From an uncultured Elusimicrobia bacterium (GTDB taxonomy: Bacteria > Elusimicrobiota > Elusimicrobia > F11): 59,051 nucleotides of DNA. Shown here one piece after another: positions 18,067-28,154 of the stretch. A model generated the notes under the pieces. It was not told where the DNA came from and searched no databases. It saw nothing but the letters and a program-made list of their open reading frames with translations. The stretch covers positions 1 through 59,051 of the forward strand of contig CAYOPN010000007.1 of NCBI GenBank assembly GCA_964405835.1. The letters run 5' to 3'. The position numbers and the translations under genes are program-made. Numbering within the stretch: position 1 is the first letter of the stretch; every line of letters starts with the position of its first letter.

Positions 18067-19363
18067 TATAGCCCCATTCCGCGCGTTGCGCCCGAAGTCA
18101 AGCAATAACGGCGCCGACATCTCCGCGTTCATTTGCCCGCCGTACGATGTGATCTCTCCGCATCAACGCGAAGCGATCGAACAGAAATATCCGAACAATG
18201 TCGTCCAGATCGAATTGCCGAAAGGCGTCGACTTTGAAAAATTTTCCAATGCGGCCCGCTTGTTAAATACGTGGAAAGCAGACGGCGTGGTCCAAGAGGA
18301 CCGTGCGCCCTCCTTTTATCTTTTGGAAACCACGTTCCGGATCAAAGACGCGTTCGCGCCGAACAAACCGCTCAAGCGCTACGGCGTGCTTTCGGCCCTG
18401 CAACTGGAAACACCCGGAAAAGGCGCGGTCCATCCGCACGAGAAAACATTGCCGAAGGCCAAAGAGGAACGGCTCAACCTCATCACCGCGCTTCAAACCG
18501 ACGTGAGCCCTATATTTGGCCTGTTCTTCGACAAGAAAAAACAGTGGCGCAAATGGGTGGCCAAAGTCATCAAACAGAAGCCGCTTGTGAAAGGCCAGGA
18601 GGGAAAAGATTTGTCGCACCGGCTTTGGAAAGTGGAGGCCGGCGCGCTGCACAAAGAACTGCGAAGCATGTTGCGTGCAAAAGACCTCTATATCGCCGAC
18701 GGCCACCACCGCTACGAAGTGGCCTGGGCCTACTGCCAGCAACGTCTCAAAAATGCCGCGGGTCTGCCCGCCGAAGCTTTAGCGGAGGCGGGCTTTCATC
18801 GCGTGATGGCGTACATCTGTCCGATGGAAGAGCCAGGCCTCTTGATGCTGCCCACGCACCGGTTGATCAAATCCCCGTTGACCGTTAATTCCTGGAAGTC
18901 CCATTTGTCCGCATTGTTCAGCATCAACCCGGTGAAGGACATGAAAACCATCATCAAAGAACTCGTCGCCGGCAACGGCCGGAAAATTGGCTGGGTGTAT
19001 GCGGGCGGAATGGCGATCTTGACGCCGAAGCCCGGCATGTCCGTGGATCGTCTTCTGGAAGAACGCCCCAAGGCGCTCCGCGAACTGGACGTTATTTTGT
19101 TGCACGACGTGGCGCTTGGCGAAACCATCAAGCCCGAGATGACCAAAGAACGCGAAGTTATTTTCACGCGCGACTTGGACGGAATGGAAGTGATGGTGGA
19201 GAAAGACCCATCCTGGGTCGGTTTTGTTCTCGCTTCGCCCGGTGTGGCATCTCTGGCCCGCGTAGCCGGCGCGAACGAAGTCATGCCGCCGAAGACCACT
19301 TATTTTTACCCCAAGGTTCCGACGGGATTCACCATGATGAGCAAGGAGCAGAGCATCCAATGA
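18059..19363 (+). CDS. DUF1015 family protein
   Basis: PFRALR, PPYDVIS, PHEKT, YIADGHHRY, PTHR and MPPKTTYFYPK motifs. Confidence 0.9.
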   Translation: MVDIAPFRALRPKSSNNGADISAFICPPYDVISPHQREAIEQKYPNNVVQIELPKGVDFEKFSNAARLLNTWKADGVVQEDRAPSFYLLETTFRIKDAFAPNKPLKRYGVLSALQLETPGKGAVHPHEKTLPKAKEERLNLITALQTDVSPIFGLFFDKKKQWRKWVAKVIKQKPLVKGQEGKDLSHRLWKVEAGALHKELRSMLRAKDLYIADGHHRYEVAWAYCQQRLKNAAGLPAEALAEAGFHRVMAYICPMEEPGLLMLPTHRLIKSPLTVNSWKSHLSALFSINPVKDMKTIIKELVAGNGRKIGWVYAGGMAILTPKPGMSVDRLLEERPKALRELDVILLHDVALGETIKPEMTKEREVIFTRDLDGMEVMVEKDPSWVGFVLASPGVASLARVAGANEVMPPKTTYFYPKVPTGFTMMSKEQSIQ

Positions 19364-19917
19364 CCTGGGTCGACGTTTCGCTCATTGTCGTCTTGCTCTG
19401 CTTCGTTGCGCTTGGCGCGCGGATGGGGAGCCTATGGACGGGCGCGTGTTTGATCGGCGGGTTCTTCGGGGCCTTCCTGGTCGAATATTACACGCTGCCG
19501 GTGAGCGAAATGATCGGCGGTTTCACGGGCGCGCGCTTGGTGTCGGGGGCGCTTTTATTTGCCGGCGGTGTGGTCGTGGCGCTTGTGCCCGGGTGGGTGC
19601 TTAGCCGTCTCATGTCGGCTTTTTTCCTTGGGATATTCGACAGCATTGTGGGGCTCCTCGCGGGTGCGCTCACGGGCCTGGTCGCCGTGACGCTCTTTTT
19701 CATGTTTGTGTTGCCGCACGCGCCGTCCATTGAGAAGAGCAAGGCGTGGCGGAAATCCAAAATCGTCAAACCGATGCATCACATGATCGAAGACTTTTTC
19801 AACGATCGCCGTTTCCGCAAGGGCTCGACTGTAGATCAACTGAAGAAAGATTTTGCGCACGAGGTCGAGCCGGTGATCGAAGAGACCGGGAGCAAAGTCA
19901 AAAAAATCTTGAAGTGA
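19360..19917 (+). CDS. CvpA family membrane protein
   Basis: MTWVD start, four TM helices, LGIFDSIVGLLAG, SKIVKPM. Confidence 0.7.
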   Translation: MTWVDVSLIVVLLCFVALGARMGSLWTGACLIGGFFGAFLVEYYTLPVSEMIGGFTGARLVSGALLFAGGVVVALVPGWVLSRLMSAFFLGIFDSIVGLLAGALTGLVAVTLFFMFVLPHAPSIEKSKAWRKSKIVKPMHHMIEDFFNDRRFRKGSTVDQLKKDFAHEVEPVIEETGSKVKKILK

Positions 19918-21146
19918 ATGCGGTAGCCATTCCCAACCTGCCGGCCGACCCGTTGTCGTTTTGGAAGGCCCTCCACCCCAATCCCATGAACGGCTTCTTC
20001 CTGGGCCCTGTCTCCGGAAAAAATTCCGATATCTACATGTCCGCCGGTGAACCGCGTCACGTTTGGACCGCCGGTTCCAACGACGTAAATGCGCTACTCG
20101 ACAAAATCAAACCTTTGTTCCGGCCGGGAAAAACATTGCCCCGTTTTGTTGGATTTCTTGGATTCAACGCGGGCCGTGCTTTTGATCCGGGCTTGCGCCG
20201 TTTGCCATTGCGTTCCAATCCGTTGAAAACACCCGCCGCGCTGTTTGCGGATTATCCGCACGTGATAAAGCTCGACTACAAAAAGAACGAGACCGTCGTG
20301 ATCGCGCTTCCGTCGCCGAAAACAAAAACGCGTCTCAAGACCTTGGGCCCCATTCCGTTCTCCCGCATGGTCTGCCGTGCCAAGGACGCCATCTCCGCCG
20401 GCGACATTTATCAGGCAAACGTGAGTTTGCGATTTTCCGGAAACTTTGACGGTGACCCGGTGGAATTGTACCGCCGACTTTCGGAACGCAATCCGTCGCC
20501 TTATGCTTGTTTGATCAAGTTCCGTGATTCGTGGTTGGTAAGCGCCTCGCCGGAATTGTTGTTGAAGACCGAAGGGCGACGTGTCGTAACACGGCCCATC
20601 GCCGGCACGCGCCCGCGCGGCAAGAACGCCACGATCGACCGGAAACGACAAGGACAACTTTTGTTATCGCCCAAAGAACGGGCCGAGCACATCATGCTGG
20701 TGGATCTCGAGAGGAACGATTTGGGTCGTGTGTGCGAGCCCGGCAGCGTGCGCGTTTCAGACCGTTTCGCGGTCGAACGGTATTCGCACGTGATGCATAT
20801 CGTGTCACAGGTGGAGGGCCGGCTTTCGCCGCGAAAGAATTCCATCGACGCGTTGAAGGCGGTGTTTCCGGGCGGCACCATCACGGGTTGTCCAAAAATA
20901 AAATCGATCGAGATCATAGAGGAAATCGAAAAAGTGGCGCGCGGGCCCTTTTACGGAAGCGCCGGTTTTTTCCGCGGCAACGGCGACGCCGTGTTCAATA
21001 TTTTGATCCGCACCGCGCTCATTCAAGACAAAAAGATCACGGTCCAAGCCGGCGCCGGCATCGTGGCCGATTCGCGCCCCGCGCGCGAATACCGCGAGAT
21101 AAAAGCCAAAGCGGGCGCACTGTTGGAAGCGGTCGCGTCCTTATGA
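19914..21146 (+). CDS. pabB: Chorismate-binding enzyme (aminodeoxychorismate/anthranilate synthase component I)
   Basis: GDIYQANVS, NPSPY, SASPE, RPIAGT, KERAEHIMLVDLERNDLG, FPGGTITGCPK, NILIRT and AGAGIVADS motifs; adjacent to a class IV aminotransferase. Confidence 0.8.
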   Translation: MNAVAIPNLPADPLSFWKALHPNPMNGFFLGPVSGKNSDIYMSAGEPRHVWTAGSNDVNALLDKIKPLFRPGKTLPRFVGFLGFNAGRAFDPGLRRLPLRSNPLKTPAALFADYPHVIKLDYKKNETVVIALPSPKTKTRLKTLGPIPFSRMVCRAKDAISAGDIYQANVSLRFSGNFDGDPVELYRRLSERNPSPYACLIKFRDSWLVSASPELLLKTEGRRVVTRPIAGTRPRGKNATIDRKRQGQLLLSPKERAEHIMLVDLERNDLGRVCEPGSVRVSDRFAVERYSHVMHIVSQVEGRLSPRKNSIDALKAVFPGGTITGCPKIKSIEIIEEIEKVARGPFYGSAGFFRGNGDAVFNILIRTALIQDKKITVQAGAGIVADSRPAREYREIKAKAGALLEAVASL

Positions 21147-22045
21147 TTGTTTGCCTGAACGGGAAATTATTGCCGGAAAACAAAGCGCATATTTCGATCG
21201 ATGACCGCGGCTTCTTGCTCGGCGACGGGTTGTACGAAACGCTGCGCGTGTACGGCGGCCGGCCGTTCTTGTTGGATGAACATCTGCGCCGTTTGAAAAG
21301 CGGGCTCACGTTTGTCGGAATCAATGTGTCCGTGCCGAAAATCCGCGCCGGAATTTTGAACGTGGTCCGCGCCAACAAATGCAAAAACGCGGCGGTCCGC
21401 GTTACGGTTTCCCGCGGCGTCGGCGCGCCGGGCCTCGATCCAAGCAATGCAAAACAACCGACCATTCTCATCACGGCGCGCCCGTTCACCGGATATCCCA
21501 AAGCGTCGCGCGAGCGGGGAGTAACGGCCGCGGTCGTGTCGGTGCGCCGCAACGATCCGGAAGCAGTGCCGCCGTCGCTTAAATCCATCAGCCTCCTTAA
21601 TAATGTGCTCGCCAAGCGAGAGGCCAACAAGTTAAAAGCCGACGAGGCGATCTTCCTCACGGCCGAAGGCCATGTGGCGGAGGGGGCCACATCCAACGTG
21701 TTTGCGATCAAGGAAGGCCGTTTATTTACGCCGGCCCTGGACGGCCATCAGTTGGCCGGGGTAACGCGCGCGTTCGTTTGCCGGTTGGGCCGTCGGGAGG
21801 GCTTGTCCGTCATTGAGACCAAAATGACGGTTAATGATTTATTTTCGTCGGACGAATTGTTTTTGACCAACGCATTGATGGAAGTCCTGCCGGTAACGAA
21901 ACTGGTGCAGCGGGGCCGGTCCAATCGGACGTGGAAGAAGGTTGGCCCGGTCACCGCCAAGTTGATGATTTGCTACACTCCGGGTCGCCAAAAAAGCTCG
22001 GCGACTAAACCCGCCTTCGCTAATCCATCCAAGAGAGAGTTATGA
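21143..22045 (+). CDS. pabC: Class IV aminotransferase / aminodeoxychorismate lyase
   Basis: [31 protein letters not shown] and LAGVTR motifs. Confidence 0.7.
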   Translation: MIVCLNGKLLPENKAHISIDDRGFLLGDGLYETLRVYGGRPFLLDEHLRRLKSGLTFVGINVSVPKIRAGILNVVRANKCKNAAVRVTVSRGVGAPGLDPSNAKQPTILITARPFTGYPKASRERGVTAAVVSVRRNDPEAVPPSLKSISLLNNVLAKREANKLKADEAIFLTAEGHVAEGATSNVFAIKEGRLFTPALDGHQLAGVTRAFVCRLGRREGLSVIETKMTVNDLFSSDELFLTNALMEVLPVTKLVQRGRSNRTWKKVGPVTAKLMICYTPGRQKSSATKPAFANPSKREL

Positions 22046-22938
22046 AACCCCAAGAAGAGAAACAGAAGCGCGTATTAAAACTTGGCATGCCCAAAGGCAG
22101 CCTGCAGGAATCCACCGCCGAGTTGTTCAAGAAGGCCGGCATCCGCATCAGCACCGGCGATCGTTCTTACTTCCCTTATTGCGACGACGATGAAATCGAA
22201 ATCATGCTCGTCCGTTCCCAGGAAATGGGCAAATACGTGCAAGACGGCCTGTTCGACGCAGGTCTCACCGGTCACGACTGGATCCTCGAGACCGACGCGA
22301 AAGTGCAAGAAGTCTGCGAGCTCATTTACGGAAAATCTGGTTTCCGCCCCGTCCGCTGGGTGTTGGCCGTGCCGAACGACTCGCCGATCAAGACCGTGAA
22401 AGATTTGGAAGGAAAAACGATCGCCACCGAGCTTGTGAATTACACGACCAAGTATCTGGCCGACCGCAAAGTAAAGGCGACCATCGAGTTCTCATGGGGC
22501 GCCACCGAAGCCAAGGCCGGCATGCTCGTCGACGCGATCGTTGAGCTCACCGAAACCGGCCGTTCGCTGAAAGCGAACAAGCTGCGCATCGTCGAAGATT
22601 TCCTCGCTTCCACCACGCGCTTTATCGCGAACGAGAAAGCCTGGAACGACCCGTGGAAACGCCAGAAGATCGAAAACATCGCGATCCTCCTCAAGGGTGC
22701 GTTGGCAGCGGAGGGCATGGTCGGTCTCAAAATGAATTTGAAAGAAGCGGACCTGGACAAAATCATGAAGGTACTGCCATCTCTGAAACGTCCGACCGTC
22801 AGCAAGCTGACATTACCGGAGTGGATCGCCATCGAAGTGGTGGTCGAAGAAAGCGTTGTGAAGCGCATCCTGCCTGAGCTCAAACGGGCGGGTGCCGAAG
22901 GAATTATTGAGTATCCGCTCAATAAGTTGATAGCCTAA
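22042..22938 (+). CDS. hisG: ATP phosphoribosyltransferase, long form
   Basis: [37 protein letters not shown] and LKRAGAEGI motifs. Confidence 0.96.
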   Translation: MKPQEEKQKRVLKLGMPKGSLQESTAELFKKAGIRISTGDRSYFPYCDDDEIEIMLVRSQEMGKYVQDGLFDAGLTGHDWILETDAKVQEVCELIYGKSGFRPVRWVLAVPNDSPIKTVKDLEGKTIATELVNYTTKYLADRKVKATIEFSWGATEAKAGMLVDAIVELTETGRSLKANKLRIVEDFLASTTRFIANEKAWNDPWKRQKIENIAILLKGALAAEGMVGLKMNLKEADLDKIMKVLPSLKRPTVSKLTLPEWIAIEVVVEESVVKRILPELKRAGAEGIIEYPLNKLIA

Positions 22939-22942
22939 GCCC

Positions 22943-23176
22943 ATGGACATTTGCAAAGAGACCAAATGGCTCTGCGAAAACGCCAAATCGCTTGAGAAGT
23001 TTGCGGGCCAGTGGGTGGTGTTCTCCTCCACCCGCGGTCTCGTCGGAAAAGCCGGCACGCTGAACAACGCGCTCCGCTCCTTCCGCCAAGCCAAATCGAA
23101 GTCCGCGCCTTTCCTGTTTCACGTTCCTTCCAAAGAAGAACTCGTCTCTCCTCTCTCCGTTGCCTCGAAGAAATAA
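22943..23176 (+). CDS. Small protein, DUF5678-like
   Basis: W..n...L..faGqWV pattern; typical pairing with a downstream aspartyl protease. Confidence 0.65.
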   Translation: MDICKETKWLCENAKSLEKFAGQWVVFSSTRGLVGKAGTLNNALRSFRQAKSKSAPFLFHVPSKEELVSPLSVASKK

Positions 23177-23591
23177 TCCGTCCGCGCCGCACCATTACAA
23201 GTTTCCCTACGTAAAATTTCACGGGAAATATTATCCGCTTATTCCGCTGACATTGCGTCGCGGCACGCATCGCGTAAGCACCTTCGCGCTGATTGATTCG
23301 GGGGCCAGCATATCCGTGTTCCGGCCCGAGATCGCGCGCGCGCTGCGCCTGCCGCACGCGTCCCGCGAAAAACAATCGCTCTCCACCGCCGATGGGAAAG
23401 TCGGCATTGGTGTCGCGAAAGTGGCCGTGCAGGTCGAGCAAACCAATTTCAACGCGAACATCGGCTTCACGGATAAATACGCGGCCAGTTTCAATATTCT
23501 GGGACGCGAAGGTTTCTTCGGCCGGTTCAGCATTTGTTTTAATGAAATCATGAAAACCGTCATTCTTGTTCCGTTGGGGAGGAAACGCTGA
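23160..23591 (+). CDS. Retropepsin-like aspartyl protease
   Basis: ALIDSGAS catalytic motif and ILGR.FF; start uncertain (TTG). Confidence 0.75.
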   Translation: MPRRNNPSAPHHYKFPYVKFHGKYYPLIPLTLRRGTHRVSTFALIDSGASISVFRPEIARALRLPHASREKQSLSTADGKVGIGVAKVAVQVEQTNFNANIGFTDKYAASFNILGREGFFGRFSICFNEIMKTVILVPLGRKR

Positions 23592-25081
23592 TGTCCATCC
23601 GTGTCCGTTTTGCGCCATCGCCCACCGGCTTTTTGCACGTGGGTGGCGCGCGCACCGCGCTTTACAACTGGCTCTACGCGCGCCACGCCAAGGGCACGTT
23701 CATTCTCCGCATCGAAGACACCGACGAGGCCCGCTCCACCGACGAATCCATGAACGCGATCATCAACGGCCTGCATTGGTTGGGGCTGAACTGGGATGAA
23801 GGGCCCGGCGTGAAGGACGCGAAGAGTTCGGTGGGAAGTTACGGCCCGTATTTCCAGATGGAACGGCTCGGCACCTATCGCAAATTGCTCGATGAACTGG
23901 TTGCGAAGGGAAAAGCTTATGCTTGTTTCTGCACGAAGGAAGACCTTGAGCAGATGCGCACGCGCGCCATGCTCGCAAAACGTCCGCCCAAATACGACGA
24001 GCGTTGCCGCGCGCTACCGCGCGAACAGACCCAGTCCCGCCTCGCCAAAGGGGACCCGCACGTGTTCCGTTTCGCCCGCCCACACGGCGGCAACGTTGAG
24101 TTCGATGATGTGGTCAAAGGCCATTTGAAATTTGAAAGCGAGCTCTTGGATGATTTTGTGCTGCTCAAATCGTCGGGCGTGCCGACGTTCATGTTTGCGG
24201 GCGCCGTCGACGACCATTTGATGGAGATCACGCATGTTGTGCGTGGGGATGACCACTTGTCCAACACGCCGCGCCAAATCCAGATCTTCGAAGCGTTCGG
24301 ATGGAGCAAGATGCCGGTCTTTGCGCACATCTCAATGATCCATGGGCCTGATGGGTCCCGTCTCTCCAAGCGCCACGGCGCCACCGCGGTTGAAGAATTC
24401 CAGCGCACCGGTTATCTGCCGGAAGTCATGTTGAACTATCTGGCGTTGCTCGGATGGTCGACCTCGGATTCGCAGCAACTATTCAATCCCGCCAATCAGT
24501 TTGAAGAACTCGTGCAAAAGTTTGAACTCGAGCGCTGCCAGAAAAGCCCCGCCGTGTTCGACATGGAAAAATTGAAATGGATGAACGGCGTGTACATCCG
24601 GAATTTGACGAAGGACCAATTGCTTGAGCGCACGTGGCCGTTCCTGGTAAGCGCGGGGCTCGTGTCCGCCGAGGCGGACGAGAAACTAAAAACCTATGTT
24701 CACAACGCGCTGATGCTCGAGCAAGAAAAATTGGTGGTGTTGTCGGATGCGCCGGGCCTCATCGACTTCTTTTTGCATAAGGACGTCCAGTTTGATGCCG
24801 AATCGGTGGAGAAGGTCCTAAAAAAAGAAGGCGCAAAAAAAGTTTTGGAAGGCGTCATGGCGCGGTTCGCGGCGCTGTCCACACTGACTGCCGAGAACAC
24901 CGAGAAGGCCTGCCGCGATCACGCCGCTGAAAACACGCTTAAAAATGGGCAGGTTTTTCATCCGGTGCGCGTGGCGGTCTCCGGCCGGACCAAAGGTCCG
25001 AGCCTGTTTCACATGCTGGAAGTAATGGGAAAAGAGATGGTTTTATCGCGCATGAAGGGCGCGCTTCCAATAGCCTTATAG
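23591..25081 (+). CDS. gltX: Glutamate-tRNA ligase
   Basis: RFAPSPTGFLHVGG, LRIEDTD, RGDDHLSN and LSKR motifs; anticodon domain RVAVSG..GP. Confidence 0.97.
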   Translation: MSIRVRFAPSPTGFLHVGGARTALYNWLYARHAKGTFILRIEDTDEARSTDESMNAIINGLHWLGLNWDEGPGVKDAKSSVGSYGPYFQMERLGTYRKLLDELVAKGKAYACFCTKEDLEQMRTRAMLAKRPPKYDERCRALPREQTQSRLAKGDPHVFRFARPHGGNVEFDDVVKGHLKFESELLDDFVLLKSSGVPTFMFAGAVDDHLMEITHVVRGDDHLSNTPRQIQIFEAFGWSKMPVFAHISMIHGPDGSRLSKRHGATAVEEFQRTGYLPEVMLNYLALLGWSTSDSQQLFNPANQFEELVQKFELERCQKSPAVFDMEKLKWMNGVYIRNLTKDQLLERTWPFLVSAGLVSAEADEKLKTYVHNALMLEQEKLVVLSDAPGLIDFFLHKDVQFDAESVEKVLKKEGAKKVLEGVMARFAALSTLTAENTEKACRDHAAENTLKNGQVFHPVRVAVSGRTKGPSLFHMLEVMGKEMVLSRMKGALPIAL

Positions 25082-25108
25082 TGCATTTACTATACTGCGC
25101 CCCGACGG

Positions 25109-25819
25109 ATGGACAAGAAAGAGTTCTTCAAAGAAATTGACTTCAACAAAACGTGGGACGAGGCGGACTGGGAAAAATTTTTCCAGGCGCAAGACGATTA
25201 CCGCGTTTCCTGCCAGAACAAAGAAGTCCGCAAAAAACCCATGGCCAAACTGAAATTCGTGGGTCCCGATGAAGTGGCAGCCTTCGAACCCATTATCCAC
25301 GAATACGGCGTGAACACCGGTCCTTCCATTGTTGCCCAGTTGAACGGCGAGCCATTTTACGGTGACAAAAATCCGGAGGCCGATTACCATCCCGCGACCG
25401 ATGAAGACCCGCATTATTGGGGCGAAGGCGCTCCGCTTTCCACCGTTTTGATTTACCGCGACTGCTGCCGGTTCGCGATCTGCACGTCCCAAGAGATCGA
25501 CCGGTACTTGAAGATCAAGGACATGGATTACCGCAAACAGCACTTGGCGGAGTTTGAGTCGTTGCGTTTCCACGCGAATTGGATCGCCATCAATATCGCG
25601 CAGGGCCACACGATCGGTTATTCGGAAGAGCGTATCCGGGGCAACATCGCCAAATGCCGCCGCGCCCTCAAACACGCGGACGTTTGCATGGGTCTTCTTA
25701 GCCGGGTTTCACTCCGCACCAAGTCGGTGCGGTTGAGGGAGGATTTGTTTTCCTTCGCGGTCCAACTGCGCAACGGCCTCTTCCACTGGCTCGACGAACT
25801 CCGCGCCCGTATCCCTTAA
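25109..25819 (+). CDS. Hypothetical protein with possible four-helix-bundle C-terminus
   Basis: Clean ORF; IAINIAQG resembles the S/A-NIAEG motif of four-helix-bundle (23S IVS/Avd-like) proteins. Confidence 0.6.
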   Translation: MDKKEFFKEIDFNKTWDEADWEKFFQAQDDYRVSCQNKEVRKKPMAKLKFVGPDEVAAFEPIIHEYGVNTGPSIVAQLNGEPFYGDKNPEADYHPATDEDPHYWGEGAPLSTVLIYRDCCRFAICTSQEIDRYLKIKDMDYRKQHLAEFESLRFHANWIAINIAQGHTIGYSEERIRGNIAKCRRALKHADVCMGLLSRVSLRTKSVRLREDLFSFAVQLRNGLFHWLDELRARIP

Positions 25820-26026
25820 TCCTTCCGGACGTTCTTGATTAGACCATGAGGCTTTGGTCGCTCCGCCCAAAGTTTTTGGACACGAAGGGGATTGTTGCGC
25901 TTTGGCGGGAAGGCCTGCTCGCACAGAAAGTGCTCCTTGGCCGGACGAAGGGATATAAAACCATCCGCAGCTAGATCGGTTTCGTTGGGAGCGAGCATAG
26001 ATTCTTTAAACCTCGGTTGACCGGAC

Positions 26027-26076
26027 TTGACGGTATCGTATCGGATAGTTATATTTATTATGTATCCGATACGATA
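26027..26076 (+). promoter_or_regulatory. sigma70 promoter with overlapping 14-bp palindromic operator
   Basis: TTGACG (26027-32)-N17-TATATT (26050-55); TATCGTATCGGATA (26034-47) and TATCCGATACGATA (26063-76) are exact inverted arms. Confidence 0.75.
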
Positions 26077-26082
26077 AACCCT

Positions 26083-27015
26083 ATGAATCCCAGCCTATTA
26101 GACTCCATCACATCAAAAAAATCTCAACTGGACAGGTTGCGTCCATTTCCCAAGGCGGTCCTCGGACGGCTTCATCAGCAAATTGTGGTGGAATGGACAT
26201 TTAACTCCAACGCCATTGAAGGAAACACGTTAACCCTGAAAGAAACGGCACTCATTTTGCAAGAAGGACTGACTATTTCAGGGAAACCTCTCCGAGAGCA
26301 TTTCGAAACCATTAATCATAAAGATGCCATCCAATTTCTTGAAAACGTAATTCAAGAAAGACAGCCTCTTGATGAAAACTTTGTTTTTGCATTACACAAA
26401 CTGATCCTAAAGGGGATCGCGGATTCGGAGTCGGGGGTTTACCGTCGTCATGCGGTCCGGATTCTGGGGGCTGTTCACATCCCGCCAAACCCGTTAAAAG
26501 TGCCGGCTCTTATGGGTGAATTTTTCCGGGAGTATCGGCGGGAGCGTAAAAAGATGCATCCGGTTAAGCTGGCGGCATGGCTTCACCATAGGTTTGTTGC
26601 CATTCATCCTTTTATTGATGGCAATGGGCGAACAGCGCGTTTGTTGATGAATTTTGTCCTCATGCAGAGCGGATATCCTCCGGCCGTCATTTTGAAAGTG
26701 GACCGGAGAAAATATTACCGCGTCCTTAAAGAAGCAGATGCAGGAAAGCAAGAAGCCTATGTTGATTTCATTGGCCGGTCTGTGGAGAGATCGCTGGTTA
26801 TTTATATACAGGCGCTGACGCCCAGTTCAAGAAATCAGGAAAAACAGGGATATATTTCCTTGGCGGAAGCGGCAGAACATTCGCCTTATTCCCAGGAATA
26901 TTTAAGTCTGCTGGCGCGACGAGGAATTTTGCCGGCGGTTAAATTCGGGAGAAATTGGATGACAACGCTGGATGCTGTCAAAGAGTACGTGGAAGCCCAG
27001 AATAAAGGTGGCTAG
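26083..27015 (+). CDS. Fic (Fido) family protein with C-terminal HTH
   Basis: SNAIEGN inhibitory motif, HPFIDGNGRTAR catalytic motif, and C-terminal ISLAEAAE..YSQEYLSLLARRG excisionase-like HTH. Confidence 0.93.
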   Translation: MNPSLLDSITSKKSQLDRLRPFPKAVLGRLHQQIVVEWTFNSNAIEGNTLTLKETALILQEGLTISGKPLREHFETINHKDAIQFLENVIQERQPLDENFVFALHKLILKGIADSESGVYRRHAVRILGAVHIPPNPLKVPALMGEFFREYRRERKKMHPVKLAAWLHHRFVAIHPFIDGNGRTARLLMNFVLMQSGYPPAVILKVDRRKYYRVLKEADAGKQEAYVDFIGRSVERSLVIYIQALTPSSRNQEKQGYISLAEAAEHSPYSQEYLSLLARRGILPAVKFGRNWMTTLDAVKEYVEAQNKGG

Positions 27016-28082
27016 AAGGTTTCTGTTTTTGATTTTTTGAGGCGGGAGAGCGGTACGCGGACCAGCGAGACCGGATTTTCTGTCACAATCCACATCTTCC
27101 TTCCAACGATCGTGAAGCCCGTCGGTGTTGCTCCGTTCAAGAACGGGTCCAGATCAAACGAGCCCAATTCCAAAAGCGGCTTTTGCAACCGGTAGACGTT
27201 TACAAGACGGGCCTTTCCGTCCAGGACCCATAGCCGGTTGTTAAAGAACCCAAAGGCCGTGGCCATGATCTCCGGCAACGGGAACGTGTCCCGGATTTCC
27301 TCGATGTCGTTTCCGCGGTGCCGGTAAAGCCGTCTCGCATCCTGGTCCGCCGACCACAAATCCAATCCATCGTAAAAAAGCCCCGCTGGTTTCTGTCCTT
27401 GCGTGTCGACCGATTCCGTCACTTGATGATCGGCTGTGGTGGCGTGAAGATTTATTTTTAGATCGAGACCGTCCAGGGTCCAGATGGTTTTGTCCGATAT
27501 CGCAATGCCGGTCGCCAGACTGCCGGGCAAGGGTTCGACCGAAACAATGGGAAGCCCTTTGGCGTTGCGGTGCACAAACAGCGTTTTGCGGAACCAGTCG
27601 GCGATGTAAATATTTTCTTTCCATACCACCGGGCCCAACGTGTGCGTGTAGGGAAGCGTGTCCACTTGAATTGCGAGCGCGTTGTAAAAGAATCCAAGGC
27701 CGGACAACACAACCACGGCCGCTGCCCACGGCACCCATTTTTTCCATGGGAAATTTCTGGCCTTGTTCCACGCCAACGGGGTCCGCTCCGGCTCAAAATT
27801 GAAACGCGGAAAAAGTTCTTCGTGCGAGCGGGGTTTCTGCGGAATGTCTTTGATGGTGGAGGAACGGGCGTTCATGAACTCTTCCATGATGCGGTTGATT
27901 TTGTCTTCGTAGTGGACTTTGGCGGACTTCCACTCGCTCTCAAGTTTCTTCTGGTAGTTGTCGATGTCGCCGACCAGTTCCGCGGCCGCGGGGGGGAGAT
28001 TGTCAGGAAAAATAGCGTCCAGTTTCGGCGCATCTTTGCCCAAATTGGGTCTATTTTCCGGCTCTTTTTCAGGCTGGGCCAT
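27012..28082 (-). CDS. Single-pass membrane protein with C-terminal beta-propeller-like repeats
   Basis: N-terminal coiled coil, TM WAAAVVVLSGLGFFY, then repeats such as GPVVWKENIYIAD, GIAISDKTIWTLD and GLFYDGLDLWSAD. Confidence 0.75.
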   Translation of the reverse strand: MAQPEKEPENRPNLGKDAPKLDAIFPDNLPPAAAELVGDIDNYQKKLESEWKSAKVHYEDKINRIMEEFMNARSSTIKDIPQKPRSHEELFPRFNFEPERTPLAWNKARNFPWKKWVPWAAAVVVLSGLGFFYNALAIQVDTLPYTHTLGPVVWKENIYIADWFRKTLFVHRNAKGLPIVSVEPLPGSLATGIAISDKTIWTLDGLDLKINLHATTADHQVTESVDTQGQKPAGLFYDGLDLWSADQDARRLYRHRGNDIEEIRDTFPLPEIMATAFGFFNNRLWVLDGKARLVNVYRLQKPLLELGSFDLDPFLNGATPTGFTIVGRKMWIVTENPVSLVRVPLSRLKKSKTETF

Positions 28083-28154
28083 AGGTTCTCCAAGTGTAAT
28101 GCGAGGCCCCCATCTTTGCCACCTCCTTATTATATAGGGGGATTAAACAGGTCA

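Noticed and set aside
25816-25998. 60-aa minus-strand ORF between the hypothetical gene and fic
   Set aside because: No SD, no recognisable motif; may be spurious or a remnant.
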